Assembly (NCBI GenBank): GCA_028696065.1
Contig: JAQVHT010000003.1
Location: 37,346-69,345, forward strand
Source of the DNA: Clostridia bacterium
GTDB taxonomy: Bacteria; Bacillota; Clostridia; Caldicoprobacterales; DTU083
DNA: 32,000 nt
Direction: 5' to 3'
Below are positions 26,026-32,000 of this stretch, in pieces (positions within the stretch are counted from its first letter, which is position 1; every line of letters starts with the position of its first letter). The notes beneath the pieces were generated by a model. That model did no database searches. It was not told the DNA's origin and worked only from the letters and a program-made list of their open reading frames with translations. A program made the translations under genes and the position numbers.

Positions 26026-28191
26026 GTGTCAGCACCTACAGTTAGAAGTAGAAAAAGGTTGCTCTTTTTTTTAGTAGCAATAGTTTTAGTTTTTGTTTTA
26101 CTGTCAGCCAGGGTAGGCTATATTCAATTAGTGTGGGGCAAAGAACTACAAAACAAGGCCTACAGCCAGTGGACACGGTCTTTAGACGTATACCCTAAAA
26201 GGGGCATAATATACGACAGGTCAGGAAATGTTGTCCTGGCCCAAAGTGCCAGTTCAGATAGCATCGCTGTACGTCCTGCCCAGCTAGCAGACGCCAAGGA
26301 CACAGCAGCCAAGCTAGCAGCAATTTTAGACCTTGATGAAGAAGCCTTGTATAAAAAGATATCCAATAAAAAGCAGTCAGAGGTCTGGGTAAAGCGCCAG
26401 ATAAGCAGACAAGAGGCAAATGAGATTCGCAAGCTTAACATTAAGGGCATTTACTTTACAGAGGAACCTAAAAGATACTATCCAAATGGAAATCTAGCCT
26501 CCCATATACTAGGCTTTACCATGAAATATTCTGAGCCTGGTCAGGGCCTATTAGGACAAGAGGGGCTAGAACTACATTATGATAAATACTTAAAGGGTAT
26601 TCCAGGCAACATTGTTGTGGAAACAGATAGAGACGGTAGGGAGACTCCCACAAATGTAGAACGTTTAGTACCTGCCATAGATGGCTGGAATCTTATCTTA
26701 ACTATTGACCAAACCATCCAGTACTTTGTTGAAAAAGCCGTAGATGATGCCATGGATAATTACAGGGCAAATAAGATATATGCCATAGTGATGGACCCCA
26801 ATACAGGGGAGATCCTTGCTATGGCTAATCGGCCAGATTTTGATCCTAATGACCCACCTAGAGACCTAGGTTTTGAGGGCATGCAGAAATATATAAAAAA
26901 TATCTCTGTAAAAGATAACCTAGATCCAGGTTCAACCTTTAAAATCATTACTACTGCAGCAGCTCTTGAAGAGGGAGTGGCTACTGTAAACTCTACCTAT
27001 CATGACCCCGGCTACAAGATTGTCGATGGTCAGAGGATTAGGTGTTGGAAGGCCGGTGGCCATGGGACACAAAACTTAAGCCAGGCCGTGCAAAACTCCT
27101 GTAACCCAGCCTTTATGGATATGGCCCTAAGTCTAGGCAGGGAAAAATTCTACGACTATATAGAAGCCTTTGGCTTTGGTAAAAAAACCGGCATTGACAT
27201 ATCAGGCGAAGAAAAAGGAGTATTGATGCCTGAAGCCAGTGTAAAGAATGTTGACCTAGCCAGAATGGGCTTTGGCCAATCCATTTCAGTTACACCCCTT
27301 CAGCTTATAACTGGGATATCAGCTGTTATAAATGGCGGAAAACTAATGCAACCCCACCTGGTAAAGGCCCTGGAATTTGACGATCAACAAAAAAAGATCT
27401 ATGAAGAGATCAGGCCTACAGAGCTAGGCCGAGTTATTTCAGAGGAAAACTCAGCCATAATGAGGGAGATACTTTTATCTGTTGTAAATGAGGGTTCTGG
27501 TAAGAATGCATATATACCTGGCTATCGTGTTGCAGGTAAAACAGGAACAGCTCAAAAGTACAAGGAGACTGGAGGTATTGACCCTGACAAGGTAGTAGCC
27601 TCCTTTGTAGGCTTTGCACCAGCAGATGACCCCCAGGTTATAGTACTATTTATGGTTGATGAGCCTCAGGTGGCAGTAGACTTTGGTTCTGTTGTTGCAG
27701 CTCCCTATGTAAAGATGATTATGGAGGATACACTGAGGTATTTAGGAGTAGAGCCCATATTTGATGATGAGACCAAGGCTCATACTAGAAAGGTTCTTGT
27801 ACCTGATGTAAGGGGCAAAGACCTAGTCGAAGCAAGTAGAGAATTAAAGGCCGCAGGGCTACAGTATCTATCAGAGGAAACAGGAACTATAGTTGTAGAC
27901 CAAATGCCAAAGCCTGGTGCAGAGGTAATGGTTAACACTACAGTACTATTATATATGGATAGGCCAGGAGGAAATTCGGATGGTCACCAGCATGAGCCTG
28001 ATCAAGGTGAAATGGTGGCAGTACCTGATTTAAAGAACAGATCAATAAGAGAGGCCAATTCAATACTAACTAACCTAGGCCTTAAATTGAGAATAGAGGG
28101 GGCTGGTCTGGCAGTTGATCAGGATCCTCCTCAAGGTACAATGGTGGAGCCTGGTAGTGAGATAAGGGTGACCTTTGAGCTACCAGAATAA
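26026..28191 (+). CDS. Class B penicillin-binding protein (FtsI/PBP2B/SpoVD family) with two C-terminal PASTA domains
   Basis: 721 aa. N-terminal TM. Active-site motifs STFK, SCN (SxN) and KTGTA. Two PASTA-like repeats (VPDVRGKDLVEA.. and VPDLKNRSIREA..). GTG start with a GGGGAGGG RBS. Confidence 0.93.
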   Translation: MSAPTVRSRKRLLFFLVAIVLVFVLLSARVGYIQLVWGKELQNKAYSQWTRSLDVYPKRGIIYDRSGNVVLAQSASSDSIAVRPAQLADAKDTAAKLAAILDLDEEALYKKISNKKQSEVWVKRQISRQEANEIRKLNIKGIYFTEEPKRYYPNGNLASHILGFTMKYSEPGQGLLGQEGLELHYDKYLKGIPGNIVVETDRDGRETPTNVERLVPAIDGWNLILTIDQTIQYFVEKAVDDAMDNYRANKIYAIVMDPNTGEILAMANRPDFDPNDPPRDLGFEGMQKYIKNISVKDNLDPGSTFKIITTAAALEEGVATVNSTYHDPGYKIVDGQRIRCWKAGGHGTQNLSQAVQNSCNPAFMDMALSLGREKFYDYIEAFGFGKKTGIDISGEEKGVLMPEASVKNVDLARMGFGQSISVTPLQLITGISAVINGGKLMQPHLVKALEFDDQQKKIYEEIRPTELGRVISEENSAIMREILLSVVNEGSGKNAYIPGYRVAGKTGTAQKYKETGGIDPDKVVASFVGFAPADDPQVIVLFMVDEPQVAVDFGSVVAAPYVKMIMEDTLRYLGVEPIFDDETKAHTRKVLVPDVRGKDLVEASRELKAAGLQYLSEETGTIVVDQMPKPGAEVMVNTTVLLYMDRPGGNSDGHQHEPDQGEMVAVPDLKNRSIREANSILTNLGLKLRIEGAGLAVDQDPPQGTMVEPGSEIRVTFELPE

Positions 28192-28263
28192 GGGTATATA
28201 GTGTAGATATATTGTAAATACTATCAAGGGAGTTATTTGCCCATGTATTAGGGAGGATACACC

Positions 28264-29718
28264 ATGGTATTGAAGGATGTTATTAGGGATGTAGAGGTCC
28301 TTCACACCGAGGGACCCCTAGATATAGATATAAAGGCTCTTACTTTTGACTCAAGGCAGGTAACCCCAGACTCCTTGTTTTTTTGTATAGAGGGGCTAGA
28401 GTCAGATGGCCATGACTACGCAGATGCAGCTATCAGCAAGGGAGCTAGAGCACTAGTTCTTAGCAGGGACATAAATCTTGCTGATAATATAACAAAGATA
28501 TTTGTTAAAAAGCCTAGAAGGGCTTTGGGGCCTATAGCCAGCAATTTCTATGGTAAACCAAGCCAGGGCTTGACCCTAGTTGGGGTGACTGGAACTAATG
28601 GCAAGACTACAACCACTTATTTGATCAAATCTATTTTAGATGGATCAGGCATTAAGGCAGGGCTTGTGGGGACCATTAAAAATATTATAGGAGACAGGGA
28701 CATCCCTGCTGTTAGAACAACACCAGATCCTATCCTCCTAAACAGGATGATTAGAGATATGACAAGGGAAGATATAAAGGCTGTAGTGATGGAAGTTTCC
28801 TCTCATGCACTAGAACTTGATAGGGTGGAGGGCTTAAGTTTTGAGACTGGAGTTTTTACCAACCTAAGCCAGGATCACTTGGATTTCCATGGCAGTCTGG
28901 ACAAGTACTTAGAGTCAAAGAAAAAGCTCTTTAGCCAAAGTGAAAGAGCTGTTATTAATATAGATGATGAATATGGAAGGCAAATACTCAAAGATTTAAA
29001 CTGCAAGGTCTATACATATGGGCTAGAAAAAGATGCAAATATATATGCTAAAGATATTGACCTAAATGCTCAGGGTGTGGGCTTTTCCCTCTGTTTACCA
29101 GATAAAAGTAGTTCTTATATTAGGATGGGGATACCCGGTTTATTTAGTGTATATAATGGTCTAGCAGCAGCTACAGCCTCATATAGTTTAGGCCAGTCCA
29201 TAGAAGCTATTAAAAAAGGTCTTGAAAAGGTTCGCACAGTAGCTGGTAGGTTTGAGTTATTAGATACTAAAACGGATTACTCAGTAATAATCGACTATGC
29301 TCATACCCCTGATGGACTTCAGAACATCCTAAGGACAGCAAGAGCCCTAAGCAAGGGCAGACTAATCCTACTATTTGGCTGCGGAGGAGATAGAGACCGG
29401 TCAAAACGACCAATAATGGGCAAGATAGCTGGTGTATATTCAGATTTTTGTATAGTTACATCTGATAATCCCAGGAGTGAGGACCCAATGGCCATAATAG
29501 AAGAAATATTACCAGGCCTTAGGGCTAGTAAGTGCCCCTATGAGATTATTGAGGACAGGAAACAGGCGATAGCCTATGGCCTTAGGATCTGCCAAAAGGA
29601 TGATTTATTGATACTGGCAGGCAAGGGCCATGAGACCTATCAAATACTAGGAGATAGGACCATACACTTTGATGAAAGGGAAATTGTTGCTGATTTACTT
29701 GGAAGGGAGAAGGTTTGA
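28264..29718 (+). CDS. murE: UDP-N-acetylmuramoyl-L-alanyl-D-glutamate--2,6-diaminopimelate ligase MurE
   Basis: GVTGTNGKTTT P-loop, and DNPR (the meso-DAP specificity motif) in TSDNPRSEDP. dcw context. Confidence 0.95.
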   Translation: MVLKDVIRDVEVLHTEGPLDIDIKALTFDSRQVTPDSLFFCIEGLESDGHDYADAAISKGARALVLSRDINLADNITKIFVKKPRRALGPIASNFYGKPSQGLTLVGVTGTNGKTTTTYLIKSILDGSGIKAGLVGTIKNIIGDRDIPAVRTTPDPILLNRMIRDMTREDIKAVVMEVSSHALELDRVEGLSFETGVFTNLSQDHLDFHGSLDKYLESKKKLFSQSERAVINIDDEYGRQILKDLNCKVYTYGLEKDANIYAKDIDLNAQGVGFSLCLPDKSSSYIRMGIPGLFSVYNGLAAATASYSLGQSIEAIKKGLEKVRTVAGRFELLDTKTDYSVIIDYAHTPDGLQNILRTARALSKGRLILLFGCGGDRDRSKRPIMGKIAGVYSDFCIVTSDNPRSEDPMAIIEEILPGLRASKCPYEIIEDRKQAIAYGLRICQKDDLLILAGKGHETYQILGDRTIHFDEREIVADLLGREKV

Positions 29719-31109
29719 TGAAGCCTCTTAAGCTTGAGGAGATTGTTAGGGCCATAGATGGACGGATAGTCCGACAGGGAAAGGCAGAAAAAATTACTGG
29801 AATATCTACAGATACTCGGACTATAAAGGCTGGAGATTTGTTTATACCTTTAATAGGTGAAAATTTTAATGGCCACAAGTTTATTGAAGATGCTGTATCT
29901 AAGGGAGCTGCAGCCATTCTAACCCAGGAGCTAAATATAGGCTTGCCAGTAGGTACCCATATTGTATATACAAATGATACCCTAAATGCCCTACAGACCC
30001 TTAGTAGCTGGTATTTAAAGATCTTTAACCCAGACATCATTGCGGTTACTGGGTCCACTGGAAAAACAACCTGCAAGGACATGATATACCAGGTCCTATC
30101 ACAAAAATTTAGGGCCTTAAAGACCCAAGGAAATTTCAATAATGAAATAGGACTGCCGCTGACCCTATTTAATCTGGATTCTAGCCATGAAATTGCAGTC
30201 CTAGAGATGGGGATGAGCGACCTAGGTGAGATTAGCCGGCTAGTTGAACTAGCGCCACCAAAGGTTGGCCTAATCACCAACATAGGCCTATCACATATAG
30301 AAAGGCTAGGAAGCCGTGATAACATCCTAAAGGCCAAGCTTGAGCTGTTTGAAAACTTTGATGACTCCTGTACTGCTGTTATCAATAATGATGATGACCT
30401 ATTAAGGCAGGCTGCAAAAGACTTTACCTTTCCCCATGTAAGCTTTGGCATAAAAAATCAGGCTGACTACATGGCTGAGGATATTGAGTTAGATGGGGAA
30501 AGGGGCCTATCCTATAATCTAAAAGTAAAGGGCCAAAGGCAGAGGATAAGACTAAATGCTCCAGGCCTACACAATGTCTACAATAGCCTAGCTGCTATAG
30601 CTGTAGCTAGGGCTTTTGACCTAGAACTAGATCATATACAAAGGGGCCTACTTGACTATAAAACAGATCCTATGAGGATGAATATAATCACTATAGGAGA
30701 TGACATCAAGATAATAAATGACTCCTATAATGCCAGCCCAGACTCAGTTGAGTCTGCCCTTAGGGTTTTGGCTTCTATGAAGGGACAAAGAAGGATAGCG
30801 GTATTAGGAGATATGCTAGAGCTAGGCGATTTTTCACAAGAGGCCCACAGGCAAGTAGGTGCTAGCCTGGCAGAAAAACAAATAGATATACTGATAACTA
30901 GAGGTGAATATGGCAAGTGGACAATTGAAGGAGCAATCAATCAAGGCATGTCACCAACTAAGCTAATGCAATTCAATAGCAATAATGATATAATTGCTTG
31001 GTTAAAAGAAATACTTACTGAAGGTGACAGGATACTCGTAAAGGGCTCTCGTGGAATGCAGATGGAGGAAATAGTAATGTCTCTTCAGGATGGGAGGACA
31101 GACCTATGA
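29718..31109 (+). CDS. murF: UDP-N-acetylmuramoyl-tripeptide--D-alanyl-D-alanine ligase MurF
   Basis: AVTGSTGKTT P-loop. Typical MurF length. ATG 29718 overlaps the murE stop (TGATG). Confidence 0.95.
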   Translation: MKPLKLEEIVRAIDGRIVRQGKAEKITGISTDTRTIKAGDLFIPLIGENFNGHKFIEDAVSKGAAAILTQELNIGLPVGTHIVYTNDTLNALQTLSSWYLKIFNPDIIAVTGSTGKTTCKDMIYQVLSQKFRALKTQGNFNNEIGLPLTLFNLDSSHEIAVLEMGMSDLGEISRLVELAPPKVGLITNIGLSHIERLGSRDNILKAKLELFENFDDSCTAVINNDDDLLRQAAKDFTFPHVSFGIKNQADYMAEDIELDGERGLSYNLKVKGQRQRIRLNAPGLHNVYNSLAAIAVARAFDLELDHIQRGLLDYKTDPMRMNIITIGDDIKIINDSYNASPDSVESALRVLASMKGQRRIAVLGDMLELGDFSQEAHRQVGASLAEKQIDILITRGEYGKWTIEGAINQGMSPTKLMQFNSNNDIIAWLKEILTEGDRILVKGSRGMQMEEIVMSLQDGRTDL

Positions 31110-32000
31110 AAACTATCGCAGCAACCATAATTTCAGCCTTTTTGTTAACCCTTATAATGGGCATAATCCTTATACCCCTGCTCAAAAGGCTAAAGTTTGG
31201 TCAAAATGTAAGGGATGATGGGCCAAAGACCCACTTGCTAAAGGCTGGCACACCTACAATGGGTGGCCTATTATTTATATTTCCAATTATCATAGTCACC
31301 CTCTTCTTTGCTAGTGGAGACCTTAGCTTTACCCTAGTTGCCCTCTTATCTACCCTAGGATTTGGTCTTATTGGCTTTGTTGATGACTATATAAATATTG
31401 TAAAGAAGCGGTCCTTGGGGCTAAAGGCCTATCAGAAACTTATTGGCCAGACTCTTATTGCTGCTGCTATTGCCTACTATGCTTATACTAGCCCCCATAT
31501 TGGCTCTAGTATAGTCATCCCCATCCTAGGCAAGGAATGGGATCTAGGGGTGCTATATATACCGGCTACTATCTTTGTAATAGTTGGCATAGTAAACAGC
31601 GTAAACTTAACCGATGGCTTAGATGGGTTAGCAACCGGTGTTACCCTTATTGTGGCTACAACATTTACCATAATATTAAGCTTTGCTATCCTAGCACTAG
31701 AGAACAGGGCAGGTCAATTCTTGCTTGAAAACTATAGTAACCTGCTTATTTTCTCAGCAGCTCTAACAGGTGCCTGTCTAGGCTTTCTAAGATACAATAG
31801 CCATCCGGCCAAGATTTTTATGGGTGATACTGGATCACTTGCCTTAGGTGGTGCTGTGGCTGCCCTAACAGTTTTACTAAGGATGCCACTTTGGTTACCC
31901 TTAATTGGTGGTGTATACATGGCAGAGGCTTTATCTGTTATTATCCAGGTATTATCCTTTAAGCTCAGAGGAAAACGAGTCTTTAAAATGTCTCCCCTCC
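31106..32000 (+). CDS. mraY: Phospho-N-acetylmuramoyl-pentapeptide transferase MraY; the 3' end runs off the window
   Basis: Not in the ORF track (no stop in the window). My translation from ATG 31106 (ATGA overlap with the murF stop) reads MKTIAATIISAFLLTLIMGIILIPLLKRLKFGQNVRDDGPKTHLLKAGTPTMGG..VNLTDGLDGLA..HPAKIFMGDTGSLALGG.., and it is open to base 32000. Confidence 0.93.
   Translation, partial: MKTIAATIISAFLLTLIMGIILIPLLKRLKFGQNVRDDGPKTHLLKAGTPTMGGLLFIFPIIIVTLFFASGDLSFTLVALLSTLGFGLIGFVDDYINIVKKRSLGLKAYQKLIGQTLIAAAIAYYAYTSPHIGSSIVIPILGKEWDLGVLYIPATIFVIVGIVNSVNLTDGLDGLATGVTLIVATTFTIILSFAILALENRAGQFLLENYSNLLIFSAALTGACLGFLRYNSHPAKIFMGDTGSLALGGAVAALTVLLRMPLWLPLIGGVYMAEALSVIIQVLSFKLRGKRVFKMSPL

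Noticed and set aside
29582-30451. 289-aa minus-strand ORF
   Set aside because: It is antisense to the well-conserved murE/murF coding sequence. It has no RBS, and its composition is Ser/Leu/Arg-rich and low-complexity, typical of an antisense shadow frame.

Overview
This window looks like a chromosomal segment from a low-GC anaerobic Firmicute, probably Clostridia-like. That placement is inferred from gene content. All protein calls rest on motifs I recognise in the translations, because no database search was possible.

Gene order, left to right:
- a periplasmic-binding-domain/GGDEF diguanylate cyclase on the minus strand, which runs off the left edge and is missing from the ORF track
- a nitrosative-stress module: ferredoxin-like gene and hcp, with a divergent Crp/Fnr regulator
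- sfsA
- an orphan solute-binding lipoprotein followed by a membrane-anchored Cache-like/LuxR-HTH regulator
- a run of small uncharacterised lipoprotein and membrane-protein genes (9.2-12.7 kb)
- ychF
- GH94 cellobiose phosphorylase
- a 259-bp internally deleted IS3-family remnant sitting inside a terminator hairpin
- a split chrA pair
- a tightly packed six-gene plus-strand operon: cbiM-cbiQ-cbiO with no cbiN, a methionine-synthase core with no B12 domain, an adenylate kinase with a Cys4 lid, and a metallophosphoesterase
- the start of the dcw cluster: mraZ-rsmH-ftsL-PBP-murE-murF-mraY, with mraY running off the right edge and also missing from the ORF track

I saw no rRNA, tRNA, CRISPR array, prophage or recognisable defence genes. 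I cannot support a strong claim of a new system. The best candidates for follow-up are the cbiMQO-linked metalloenzyme operon, the orphan SBP plus transmembrane LuxR pair, the uncharacterised lipoprotein cluster, and the IS remnant that splits a bidirectional terminator.
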